A DNA stretch of 62,926 nt, counting the filler, from Platydemus manokwari (Eukaryota), in the NCBI GenBank assembly GCA_037951405.1. It is 6 parts of 6 records of this genome, joined end to end, with 100 filler letters (N's around TTAATTAATTAA, not from the genome) between each part and the next. Parts side by side here need not be neighbours in the genome. Positions count along the whole stretch, not along the records: positions 22,505 to 34,515 come from JBBMOY010350002.1; positions 34,616 to 44,733 come from JBBMOY011167103.1; 4 more parts are not named here. One strand, 5' to 3'. Each line of letters opens with the position of its first letter. The first letter of the stretch is position 1. Position numbers and translations under genes: made by a program. The notes below the pieces were generated by a model. The model was not told where the DNA came from. It saw only the letters and a list, made by a program, of their open reading frames with translations, and ran no database searches. Below are positions 24,324 to 38,400 of this stretch, piece by piece.

Positions 24324-27300
24324 ACTATTATATACAGTTAGATATAATACTATTTCTAAATTTTGTTGAGGTCACTGTAATATGGATGTGAGAATATTGT
24401 TGGGTCCAGAATAATTGAAGGTTGCGAAAGTTTTATTTGTTGAGAAAATAACATAGAACGATTAGCGCTCTACTCAGACAGTGAAGAGAGCGAAGAAGAA
24501 AAAGCCCCATTCACCATTAGCCTTTATAGTGAATGAAAGGAAAAACAACATCAACAACATCAACAGCAACTACCTCAGAAACAATATCCCAAACTCAAAA
24601 CCTATTTAAGTAACTCTGAATTATCAATGGTGAGTTAAAGAGGCTCAAGTGGATTGTCTGTAATTAACTTGTTTTAATTAGTTTATCAGAAAAAGCGCGG
24701 TGTTTAAGATAGATCTAGATTATAATTTTATCAAATGGACAAAATATTTCTTGAATAAATATATTGACAATCATAAAGATGCAGTGGAGAAATGATATGA
24801 AAATTTACGATGAATTTACTAGCAGCAAAGTGCTTTTCAGCAAATTATGGTGACCTTATAGATGAGCATATGGATATCTAGGATTAACATTATCAAATAG
24901 TATTTGAAATTTTATGGAGAACTTTAAAAAGTGTACCTGAAATGACTGTTAATATATCTGACTATGGGGAAACCAATATTGAAGCCAAGGTTAATTAATT
25001 TTATCACTAAGTATTGTTTTCAATATAGTTTTCCCTTGATATTAATAGCAATCATAATTTTTCAACAATGCTCAAAGATATGTGTTCTCAATCAAATCAT
25101 ACATTGGTTCCCACCAGCATAATATTGAGTTGAAATTAAATAAATCAAAGGTACTATCGGAATTTAGTGTTTAGTGTTGAGTGGCGACCCAAGTGATTTT
25201 CTAAGGTTGTTGTTTTTTGTTGTTATCACAACCCCTTACACGATTGGATTTCTGTACAACATTTCTTTATTAAGTGGATCATGTTTTTATTTTTATTAAA
25301 TGCTAATTTAATTATTTATTTTATTTATACTATTTTTTCGATTTGAAGTTATTTGATTTGATTCAAAATTATTTCCATTTTATCGTCCGACTACTGTCAT
25401 TACGAATTATTAAAAACTAAATAGCTGTGGTTCTATAAATAAAAAAATTATCGTTTCATTCATTTTGTATGTGAGGAAAATTTAAATGAATAATTTTAAT
25501 AATAATTTAATTAAAAAAATCAAATAACTTATGTAAATAATTCTATGCTAATTTCAAAGATTAAAAAAATATTTTAAAATTTATTAAATTATTAAAAATT
25601 TTCAAGTAATTTGAAACAATTTAAATATATGTATGTCTGATTGCGATTAGCAATAGAAGCTTTCCGTATATTTATTTTCAAAATGTTTGATTTGTAATAA
25701 ATAAATAAATAGTATCAATAAATTCTTGCATAGAATCTTCGATTTTAAGCAAATGATCTACTACTAACATAGAGCAGCTAAGTTTTTTGATTTATAAAGT
25801 TCTGTTCAGCTATACAATGTGTTTTAATTAGCTAAAACTAGGTCCCAACTGACGACTCAATGTAAACAAAATAAACATCATACTTGTCGGCTTTCAACTG
25901 ACCATAAAACTTATATCCAATGCAGTTTATAATCTGAATTTCATTGTGTAATGCTGGGCAAACCTTTTTATTTCTACAATTTCAATTGAGTCTCACGATT
26001 TATGCTTATTTGGATTAGTCTATCTCCATGTATGTTTCGGTTTATAGCTTTATCTCATAGCAAATTAAAGTATTTAGTCTATGTTGCCTCTGATTGGTCG
26101 GTTAATATGACTGTATGGATGTGTAGATATGTGTTTATGTATCTTGTCTGAACAATTTTCCAAAAGTTGCAATTGCAACTTGATATTTGAGTTTCATGAA
26201 TTACAAGTCCAAGTTTAGGCTTTTACGAGTTTGATAATATATCTATTGTGAGGAAAATTTAAATAAATATAAATGAAACAGATTTAAATAATTTCAAAAA
26301 TAAATTATTTTTAAATATTTAAAAAAAATTGATTTTTAATGGATTATTTAATAATTAAATATGACATGATTTTTGAATAATTGAAATAAATTTACTTTTA
26401 CATATTTTAATATTTACATTCCTGATTATATTGGCAAAAATTAAAACTCGTTTGGAAACTTTTAAATTTAATGAAAAATGTGAAATTTGTTGAGTGCAAA
26501 AGTATATTTCCAGTAACTTCTCAATGACTAACTCTAATGAATTTAAAAATTTTAACGAGGTAGTTACTACTAGCATTTCTAATGGCTTTTTACTAAAGAC
26601 CTGTACAGTGAGATGCCCGAAATAAACCTGTAAATATATTTATCGAATATCTAAAAATACGATAATAATAATAAAATTATTTATTTACATCGCTAGAGTT
26701 ATAAATTTATTTTGTTTTTTATAATCTAAAAAAAGATATGCACATTCAAAACAAGCATGACATATTTATTGATATAGAATCGATAGAAGTTCCAAAATTT
26801 AATGACATAATTTTCTTAATTTATCATTTCTACAAAATTATTGTTTATATCGATTTATTTCATCAAAACAAAAAAATATTTTGAAAACATTTTAAATTTA
26901 AAATTGTTGCGATTATCAGATGTATTTTATTATTGATTTTATCTTCAGATAATTTACAGATTTGCAAGGTAGAACTAACAATGCATAAGAATCTTTTGAA
27001 AATTATTTATTTCATTTAGAGACTGACAATCAATACTTTGCTGTTGAAAATTGTTGGACTTTTTTCTCGAAAAAAGTTATGATTATCGGCTATTGATCTC
27101 GGCTAGCAAATATTTTTATATAGATAAGTCCAATATATATGGTCATGTCTCATTGAAAAAATATCTAAATAAGCATTAGAAAATCAATATAATTTCTTGA
27201 TTGAATTGAAAATATTAAAACTTGTTTAATAATCCATAATCAAGAATATTTCTAAAAATAACATTTCAATATTATATCGTCCTGCCTGGAAAATTAAATA

Positions 27301-30300
27301 CGACTGTGTTGGTGAAGATTTATTAGATTTTTTATCATTCAGACTATCATCTTGACTTCATCTTTTCAAAAAATTAAAATTAAAAATTAAAAGAAATATT
27401 TTAAGCAAAATTTAAATATACAAGAAATAAGATCAATAAACATCAATAAAGCAAAAGCTTCGTCGAAATTTTGTTAGTTTGTATTTGAAATGTCTTTCAT
27501 TAATAATCCTATTCGCATTTTACACGATGGATTTCTGCAAATGTTTTCAAAGAAATTATAAACTGTACTGTGAGTGATGACTTGTTTAGAACCTAACTTG
27601 GTATTACAAGTGATTGATGATAGGAAAATTCAATGAGTTGCATTTGTGTTAAAATCCTTAGATTAATCTTATGAACGATTCCTGTTTACATTGATCCCAT
27701 GATATAATAAATGTAGTGTTTACATTGTAGGGCTATCTTTAAAGGAAATTGTGAGCTTTAGTAAATTTGAATCCTCCTCTCTGGAACGATAAAGGCTCGG
27801 GCAAAATGATCTCTTGAATAGAAGAGATTCAATGATTCACTTAGCCTTTTAAATTACCGTAGCTATTTGTTAAGAATAGACCAGTTTATGAAACAGCATC
27901 CGAAATAAAAAGTGATAATGAAAAACGTGCGCCAAAAATCTCAATAAGTAAAATCACTGATTTCAATGCATGAATTATCATTAGAAACATAAAGACAAAA
28001 GATAAATAAATCAAGAAAACATTACATGAAATCATTATCGTAATGAAAATGTAATTTTCTGCTCCTTTGACAAATTTAGATGTTGTCAGTGACAAGATTA
28101 TTATTATTTTTAAAGTTGATGCATATCTTCAGGCCATACTATTTTGTAAAACAAGTATTGAATACGAACTGGAAAATCGCAAGACTAAATTAAATTTAAC
28201 AACAATTACTTAAAAATCGTTTAAATTCATAATTTAAAAATTATTATTATCATTTTAAAATTCTCACAATGATATTTACATGTTGTTTGGAAATACGTTT
28301 TCATTACATCATTTTATATTTAATGGTTCTAATGAACAAGAACATAAATTTATTTCAAAATTAAATTTCACGGACAAAAAATAGTTTTTTTTAATCAAAA
28401 TTCACACTTCAAAATCGAACCCAGTGAATTATGGGAACTGTGAAGATTAATTAAAACAATTTTAAATAACAACTTTTAAATTAAGATTTAAAAGAATTTA
28501 ATAAATTAAAGAATTTAATATTTTGAAATTAAATATAAATATTAATTTAAAATAAATATTTATATCTGTACCTGATTAAGATTAAAAGAAGAAAAAGTTC
28601 TTCATAAATTTGTTTGAAAAATGTTTTAATTGTTATTAAATAAAATTTAAGAAAATCGTTATAATGAGTTCTTTTGTTGAAACATCAATTATAAGTGAAA
28701 TACTACTAACAGGAACAAATGAATATTTTTTGAGTATTCAAAACTATTAGCTGAGCTTATTTAATTAAATATAATATTATTTTACTAATGTAACCATTTT
28801 CTTCCTTTCTCTTCCACCTTGAAAAAATCGAAACAGAAATAATTTGATATTTTAAGATAAATAAACAAAATGAATTGTAAACAAAGAGAGATTGAAACAG
28901 CATTTGTATTCTGCTGATCTTTAATCAAGGTTGAGTTATGATAAATATAAAAATGTCAGAGATTAAAAATTAATTTTTTTAATAAGTTTCATAATATACA
29001 TTCAATATTTCGGGAGAAAATCAATAAATTCCTGAATTAAAATTATTAATGGAATGAGAAATCAAACTTTTACGAAACAAAACATACACTGTGACGTAAT
29101 TTTAGAACAAGTCATTAATTTTCATCACATTTGAGTTTCGCATAAATGTTGTGTAATTACCATGTGCTAAAAGTTTTATCTTCATGTGTGTTTTACTTTA
29201 ATATATCAGGTGGATGGGTTGCAGTTCGTCTTATATAAGTGATAATAGATAATGAAAATATTAGAGATATGAATAATGTAAAGAATAAATAAATAAATAA
29301 ATCATACGTTATTACTATTTGTTTATCAACAGAAATCGAAATGACTAACAATGTAACAACAGAATATACGCGAGATAAATTGATTTTATTTAAATTTACT
29401 CCGTGATTGTAACACAGATTTTGAGAGATTTTCAGTTACCTCATCAATAAGAAAAAACAGACCGATCGATGAAACTTATAGAAAATTTTGAAGAAAAACC
29501 AAGATAACTGATTATTTAGTGGGGACGAGTTGAACGCTATTGACGGTAACACAAACTATTACTTTTAAAACTATTATTTGAAAGTGAACTTATCTAATGA
29601 TATTTTGAATCCAAATAAAGTACTTGCTATCAAATGTGGATAATGTTACAAAGGTTTCTTCCAATAGAATAAATTCTGCTAATTGACTTATGGAGTATCT
29701 ATTTAAATTTTCCCATGCTGATTGAGGTTGTTTCCAAAAAGACATAAAGCGTCTCACTGCGCTTTTATACTCTTCTACTTTGCCCTATCGGAAATGTGGC
29801 ATTTTAATTACTAAATATAGTAACGTCATTATTAGAATTCATTGCAATCCAAATTTAGTAATTTAAATGACTAATTGTGGTGACTCAAATATATATAGTA
29901 ATTTTTCTTATTGTTTTATTTTTAAATAATTTGAGGGCTGAATTTGCTATGTATTAATTAATTTTAATTAAATTTTCTAAATTTATTTTGAAATTTGTTT
30001 TATTAATTTTATTATATGATCAGAAGTGTTAGTAGTGTTGTGACCTGTTGGTGATCTTTTACATATGATTATTAATTGCTAGGAAATATTTAGAATAACA
30101 CCCATGTCAAATATCATTTAAATAACAATATATAATCACAGCTTCTGTATAACAGTCACAAAACTTCCAATAAATTAATCAGAAATAACCTGTATTTATT
30201 AAACAGAAAATAATAAAAATAATATTAATGAGCTTCTCGGGCTTTGCAATCAATTCTTTGAAAATATACAAAATGGAGTAAATTTCACAGAAAATTATTA

Positions 30301-30476
30301 AAATTCTGGTGTGTTTAAATATAAATGAGAATATTAAGCAGGCATAGATAGAGAAATGATCTGACAAACCATTATTTATTGTTCCAAATCATTTAAAGTC
30401 TACATTGGTTTGACAAAACAATGTGATGTACTAGTCTCAAATTTAAACGTTAATTGATTAAGAGGATAACGTATTA

Positions 30477-30726
30477 NNNNNNNNNNNNNNNNNNNNNNNN
30501 NNNNNNNNNNNNNNNNNNNNNNNNNNNNNNNNNNNNNNNNNNNNNNNNNNNNNNNNNNNNNNNNNNNNNNNNNNNNNNNNNNNNNNNNNNNNNNNNNNNN
30601 NNNNNNNNNNNNNNNNNNNNNNNNNNNNNNNNNNNNNNNNNNNNNNNNNNNNNNNNNNNNNNNNNNNNNNNNNNNNNNNNNNNNNNNNNNNNNNNNNNNN
30701 NNNNNNNNNNNNNNNNNNNNNNNNNN
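30477..30726. other. Assembly gap (250 N)
   Basis: A run of N with no linker sequence. Confidence 0.97.
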
Positions 30727-30752
30727 GGTTATATTACTAATTTTGTATTTAG

Positions 30753-31237
30753 GATCTATGGTGAATTCTATCTGTTGGCACGACAATAACCCGGCATTAG
30801 TAGCAATTTCTGGAGAAAAACTCATTGTTTGGTGTTATCCTAACGTGGCTTTCATTGATAAATCATTGTTGATGCGATCTATCGTTGAAAAACAATCGAA
30901 TCAATTTGGATCAGAGCCAAACATACAGACATTTTCCGGAAACAGTGTTAGCTTGCGCAAACAAGAGGGGAGTGTCGTATCGTGTTTTATTCCTCCTTAT
31001 GTTGCAATTCTACATCAACTTCTCTCTAGCAACAAGTTGGATTTATTATATTGCACTAATTATTTCAATGTCTTCATTGTTTTTCATATTGGCTCATAAT
31101 TTTCCAATTATTTATTAGTTTATCATCTAGCAATGGTTAATTGTTTGGAAATAGTTATTATTGAATGCTCATTCATTTACATCAAAGTTTTTAACAGAAA
31201 TAATCGGTACACTCGATAATGTAAAAGTGTACCCTAA

Positions 31238-31279
<42 letters not shown>

Positions 31280-32848
31280 ATTATATATTTGAATCAATAT
31301 GTGCAATTATAATGAGTTAGGTAAGTTCATTCTGTTCCAATTTCAATAGTTGTGATGGAAACCGTGATTATAGTTTGGTGACGAATTTAAATAAATCAAC
31401 ATTACAAAGATCGATGAGTTATTATGATTTAAATATATGACCATCAAAGAGATATTAGATGTTTCCACCAATATCTAACTCCTAGCATATTAGTAGGTTG
31501 GGCTTATATAATAAGAATTATTGAAAAACACAATAAGATAAAATAATATATTCAATATAATAGATATTAACAATTGTGCAATACAAAATATTAGGCAGAC
31601 AGAACCTGAAAGTTTTAAATAATCACTGGAGGGAACTTCCCACGAGCCTTTTTTGACGAAAATTATGAATAGTTAATTTTTTATTGTCTCAAAATTAATT
31701 CCCTCACGACGATTGATTTAAGATTTAAAATTCTGAACAATAAATAATTTATCATTTTTGTGAAATGTTGAGCGTTAATAAATGTTGTAAATCTGCAATG
31801 AATTATGTATGATATGTAATAATCCGAATTGAAAATTGTTCGTTGATAATCCAAATGAGATGCGCGTGTCGCAAATATTGTAAGATCCTTACTATTCAAT
31901 CGTTTAGTGATAAGGATTTCGTGTAAAAATTAATTTATGAATTTTTAATAGGTGGTAATGGTGACTAACAGTGTTGCCGTTATGATTTTATATTTTGAAA
32001 TTACTATGGCTACGCTTACAGTAACCATGGAAATGTGATTATTAATCTAAATTTTATTATCCTAATTATTCACGTCCACAACATAATTATTATTACTATA
32101 ATTGTTAGCCCTTATTATCCTAACGGCTTATCACTTTTAAATAGATTTATTTTGTGTTTTATTGAGATCTTCTTTATTTTCTTTAGATTAAATGATGCCA
32201 TTAAACTTTGTCGTTCAATCAAGGAGGAATGTCTTTGGGCTTGTTTAGCAGCTATTTCACTACTTAACAAAGACATTGACACAGCTCAAATTGCTTATGC
32301 AGCATTAACTGATGTTAGTTCCTCCATCAATTGTGTATATTTCATCAATTATTTATTATTGTTCCGATATTGATACAGGTTGACAAGGTTGAATACATAG
32401 AGATGGTTAAAAAAATTCCAGAAAAGGAGGCTAGACAAGCTGAAATGCTTCTAATTAGTGGTAAATTGATGAATGACTTAATAGACTCAGTTTCATATGA
32501 TTAAAATACAAAGGTAACATTCAGGATGCTGAGGGAATACTTATTCAGGCTGGGTTAGCATTCAGAGCTGTTATGCTTCAACTTCGAATGTATAATTGGG
32601 ATCGAGCTTTGGATCTGGTTGTCAATAAACCCAAATATTTACCAATTGTTTTAGCTCATCGTAAAAAATATCTGCAAGGTCTCGGTCGAAAAGAGAACAA
32701 TAAGAACTACTTAAAGTATGAAGGAGAAGTAAATGTTTAAACTGTTGGGATATGTTTATTTTGTTCTTGCATTTAGTCTATTCTAGACTGGGAGGAAGTA
32801 AAGAAGTTGGTCAAAGATTACAATCAAGAGGAAAAAAAAGAAAATTAA
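30753..32848 (+). CDS. IFT80: Intraflagellar transport protein 80, 3' part (last 5 exons)
   Basis: Exons are 30753-31035, 32187-32313, 32379-32460, 32514-32728 and 32777-32848 (TAA), with GT-AG introns and consistent phases. The protein GSMVNSICW..IVWCYPNVAFID..PYVAILH..LWACLAA..AQIAYAA..DKVEYI..GNIQDAEGILIQAGL..YNWDRALDL..DWEEVK matches the IFT80 C-terminal half as recalled. The 5' exons were not found. Confidence 0.93.
31238..31277. repeat. (ATT)n microsatellite in an IFT80 intron
   Basis: About 13 ATT units. Confidence 0.9.
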
Positions 32849-34515
32849 ACGCTACAATTCTATAATTAAATATAAATAATTGGTTTCATCAATCTTGTTA
32901 ATGTGATAAAGAATTAGTTGATATCTTTGTTTTCTAAATGAAATCATAGCCTTATATTAACATTATCCAAATTATACTCTGGCTAAGGTTGCCAGGTTTT
33001 TGTCGAAATGTAAGTTTCACGTGAATTATGATTTCAGCCAAAATTGATTGACAAAACGTTATTTCGTGATTGGATCTTGTGGGTGTGTGTGTTGTTAGTT
33101 TCAGGTAATTGATAAAAGCTATTATAAATGGCACCACTAGCCGATAATGTTTAATTTGGAATCTGGTGCACATTTTTGTTATCATCCTTTTGAACAGTAA
33201 TCATAACTAATTGGGGTTTTCTATAAAATGAAAATTATATAGGTAGATTATTATGTTGTTTAGTTTGTTGAAGTTGGAGAAAGTTTACTAGAGGTTTAAC
33301 CTGAAGAATCATCTTTAACCCACACTCATAAAATTGGCCAAATTGTCAAGGAACCAATGAAAAGCAACATTATGGGATTATCATATTCTCAAATTCATAC
33401 AAGAATAATCACAAGGTTAGGAATCGACCAGTCAACGGCTTAACAAGTATAACCTATAAATAAAAACATGCAGAGAAAAGAACGCAGAAAATATGCAATA
33501 AAACATGTTAAAATTCTTAAAAACATTTCAAATTATTTAAAATTTAAAAATTATTAATTAAAAACTAATTAAATGATGACTTAAAAACGATACACTTAAA
33601 AAAGATACACTCTACTTTCTTATTTCAACACACACTCCTAATCTATCAAACCTTCAATTCGAATTTATCATATCACAATCCCTTTTCAAATCGAAATTTT
33701 ACTTATCAAAATTCCTTCAAATAGAATATATCAAACTCCCACTTGTCATCCAATCATATCATAATCAAATCCATTACAAACAATTAACAATTATCTGACA
33801 ATCAAACTCTATCTTCACAATCAGATACAACCAATTCTCAGTTACGATTACAGTAAACCCATCACCACAAAATCCCTACACTCTGCGATTCTTAAATTCG
33901 ACAACACTTACAATAAAAATCAATAAATCTAAATCCAACAATACTCTCCCAAGTCCAATCGATCAATCAACAGCGATCATCAATAGACTCTAAACTTGTA
34001 TCCTCACAATCAGTTCTCAAACCCAGCCTCAATAATCCAACATCGATACCCCAACTTCAATATCGATCAGGCAACAATTTCCAAATCCTGCTTCAATCTC
34101 GATCAATTAACCCAGATTGAACATCAATTTACCAAGTTCCAATATCCCAAGCTTAGCGTGACAATAAAATTGTTGGGGTTCTGATAAAATAACTATAACA
34201 ATATCGTGTACGATGGTGGCAATATTCAGTGTATAAAAGTAGAATGTATGAAATATTCGGTGTACATTATAGTCATTTATAATTTTATAATTTGGTTGTA
34301 TTAAAAACTAATTAGTTTGTAAAGATTTTTAGCTATTGGAAAATGTAACGTTTATCGACGTCTAAAGTTGATTAAATTTTTATGATAATGCTAAAAATCG
34401 GAACATTTAGTTGCTATTGCATGAAGCAACTATTTTATTTTACCAGGTTGAGTCAAAAGTTATTCATGTTTTTATGCAGGTATTTTATTAACACAAATTG
34501 TTATAACGCTGAACA

Positions 34516-34615
34516 NNNNNNNNNNNNNNNNNNNNNNNNNNNNNNNNNNNNNNNNNNNNTTAATTAATTAANNNNNNNNNNNNNNNNNNNNNNNNNNNNN
34601 NNNNNNNNNNNNNNN
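34516..34615. other. Artificial contig linker
   Basis: 44N-TTAATTAATTAA-44N. Confidence 0.97.
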
Positions 34616-35475
34616 CATCAAGTTCTTCTTGATTTCCAGGGACAGCCAAAACCTCGAAGAATTGAGTGGCTAAAAAGGATCTCAAAAACAACAGGAGGGG
34701 GAAGTTAGATAAAAAATGAGATTTGTTTAAATATTAGAAAAAACAAACGGCGTAATTTTTGAAAGATAATAAATATTTATGGAAACGAGTTGTCTTTTTA
34801 CTATTATGATGTGCAATATGTTTCGATAAACTTTTAAAATAAAAGTACAATATAAGATCAAATTTTAAATTTCTACGTTGGAGATGGTTAGTTGCTTTTA
34901 AAGCTAATTTCGAAATATAGACATTTTAAGAACTTAAATAAATAGCGAAAATTTATGCAAATTTCGAGGCGTTTAAACAAATTAGTTAGGGTTTTGGAAT
35001 TTCACATTTTAATGAGAATATTTTAAACTTGACCAATGACTTTTGATTATTATTTAATATAAAATTTTACATTTTTTTATTTTGTTATTTATTTGCTTCA
35101 TTTATTTACCGCAAAAATATTTTAAGCTTAAATTATTTGAGATAATATTATAATCTGTATCATAATTTTAATCTTAGATAATTAACCTTATCTAAGATTC
35201 TTTATCTCAAATCTAGTTCAATTTGCCAGAGCACGAAATTCTATAAAAGTTATTCTATATTATTTAATGACGATCTGACTTTTAATGCCCTCAAGAATAA
35301 TAATTATTAGAAGATAATTTAGAAACAATTAGCAACATAATTACATCCCATGAATTCCAATTTTATCAATAACTAGTACTCCATGAATTTACGTTGATTT
35401 CTGGTGATCGGAAAGATTTTTCTTCATCATAATTTGATAAAATAGAAAAAATGATTTATAAACTTTCTTTAACAG

Positions 35476-38400
35476 ACTCATTAATCTTAGAAAAGATGCT
35501 GATGAAATTTTTAAAGAAAATTTCTTTTTCCAACATTTAAATCCACTACAGTTCCAGAAAAATAATAAAATAAAAAAATGGCATTATATCTGCAAATTTT
35601 TTGACAATATTTTTTATCGACAAAAAGAGAAGCTAACAAATATCATTTTAAAGATCACAAATACCTCCGTAAGAATTATTTTTCACATAACGAAGAGAAG
35701 TATTTTGCTGGAAAATAAAATGTATATTTTAATGTCTAAAAATTTTTAAAATATAGACTATGTTTTGTAAAAAAAAATAAGAAAAATTCAGTTCGTAACA
35801 AACTTTTGCTTTAGCTATGTTCTCTTGAACTGTTATGAGTGATATTGTGAGTCGAAACTTGAGTGTTAATTGTGTAGACAGAAATAATTATGAAAGTGAA
35901 TGAAGTGACCAGCTATTTGAACCCACCGATATGCGATTTATCAGAGTTGATAGATTCTAGTTCCTTTTTTACTTGCGGTCAGTAGAAATGTCCACAAATA
36001 TCGTCGGATGTGTTACATTGGAAAAGTTTGATAAGTCGATAAAACCATATAAACCAATCATCTATTATTTTATTGTAATTCTTGACCCGTTTAAGTAAAA
36101 ATGCTTTTTTAAAATACTATTCCTACAACACAATTTAAATTTTTTAATTAAAACATTCAAAAAATTGATTATAAAAACACATCACCGAAAACGAATGCCT
36201 CATAATTAAAATTCCATCAAATGAAGCGGAGCCTACAGAAACAAATACGTTTAATTCATTTCTAAATTTGCCTTTCGTTAACAAAATCAAAGGGAATATT
36301 TGATATTTTACAAATTTAAACAAATTCCTTTTTGCTATGTAAAACGATAAATCATTAATTTATCTGAATCTGACAGTGATTGGTGATAAGTTCTATGTAC
36401 GTGTTTGTTGTTTCAGTCAGAAGTTTATTTTGTATGGCATTAAAGTTTTGGAATTAATCATTTATGTCGTCATAATGGATTTAAAGATAAATTCGAAATA
36501 TGTACATTTTGGCGTACATTTCAGGTATAGGTTAGGTTAAAAGAGATTGTCATTACATCTGGACTGACTTGAAATCAATCATGGAATTTAATTTATTGTT
36601 TATCGTTTATCTTCCAATTTCTTGGATATATTAGATCATTAACTAACAATGAAATCTGAAAATTATAATTTAAAGTCCATGGGATTACAGGCTCGATTCG
36701 TCAACAGATACAATAAAAATAGTACTACAGCACAATAATAAATTATCACCCAAGACGGGATCAGCACCCGAAAGCTGAATACAGAACAGAAGACAATCAA
36801 GAAGACTAGGTGTCAGAAAAATCACACAAAAGTCACAGAGAAGGATGAAGGATCCTGACCAAAAAAGACTGGCCATTGCTCGTGAAATTCAAGCCCGTTT
36901 TTAGGCTTATTGCGTGTCCCAGAGCTTCGTTTTTCATTTGATGAATTCGTTCATAAATCGATATGTTAGCAATTTCTCTTAGATTTCTCGTGCTGTTATA
37001 GGTATTTGTTGCCTTGTGTTGATGTGTGCCAGTCGATTATTGATTTCTAAATACGGATTGATATACATTGTAAATCTGTGGAGTTATTGGTATATTTCCT
37101 TATTGAACCTCTGCGTATCAACCCTTTAAGGGTTATTTCCATTGTTCCGGTGAAAATTTTGGTTGTTTTTTTTATTATAATAATATTGGAGAATATATTA
37201 TAATATTACTATCTACTTTTAAAATATTTATATTTATAAAATTCGAAAATAATTACATTGAAAATAAATACATTTATTGGTAAAATAAATTTTAACTTCA
37301 TAATTTTTCTTCACTACCTTAATATTATCTTGTTACGTAGCAGTCCATGATTACAAGTCACTAAAACATATATATTCATATCAATAATTTTTGTCAAATA
37401 ATTTTTTTGCAGTCAAACTTGATTTTATCTACGTATTGAAATTTTTTAAAATTTTAAAATCACAACAAGAATCGAGAATTCTGAAATTAATTTCTATATA
37501 ACATTTCATTGATTTGTCTTCGATTTTTTTATCATTTTAATTGATTGTATGTTAATTTAATTGCTTAATGCATGATAGGCTGTTTGGTATGCAAGCTCGA
37601 CTGCTCATTTGCATGTTTGGTCAGATTTTTAAAGAGTTTTACCATTATTGTAAACATAATTTTGATTTGTATCAAATAAATAAAAAATGACAAAAATAAT
37701 AAAATATCTTTTCAATTAACAAATGAAAATTATTTTTCATTCATGCAATTGGAATTGTAAATTTTTTAAGATATGTATGAAATTATCTAAAATTGGAGTA
37801 AAATATTTAGTATAAATTTAGAAACACCAACAACTATATGTGTCCAGATCTTTTTTCCAATACCTGGTGCTATTATTCGGTTTGGTCATGACGGATTTCC
37901 ATTTGATTTAGGAGAAATTCACTTATTCACATCAATGAAGGAATCTTCAATTTTATACTCATCAGTAAATTATGTTAAATTTCCATACATATTGTATTCT
38001 AATAACTTTACTATAAACTCTAACTTAACCATAATGAAAGGGTTTGTTCGAGAATATCTATACTTAAAAATAAGAGTCAATATTAGCAACAGTAATTAAT
38101 GTTTTATTCGTTATTTAATTATAATTTGATGAGATTTATTGTTCTTTTTTGAAATGTAAGAATTAGATAGTTAAAAAATTAATTGATTTAAAAAAATCAT
38201 GAATTTGTTTTATAAATGCATTTGCATGGCTTTCTTAGTGATATGGACGATATGATGGCAGGAGTGGTGGTGTAGCTAAAGAGCCAATTAGGTATTATGA
38301 ATAAGCTTGTTGCAGTCTTTCTGTCTTTTGAAAATAAAGTTCTGCTTTAAAAGATTTCCTTCTAGTGCTACCACACGCACTACATTGTTTAAGGCGAATA

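Noticed and set aside
30400-30825. ORFs spanning N runs
   Set aside because: They are artefacts of translating through the gap.
33540-34184. C/A-skewed tract with a short ORF
   Set aside because: Probably TE-derived, but no diagnostic motif was found.
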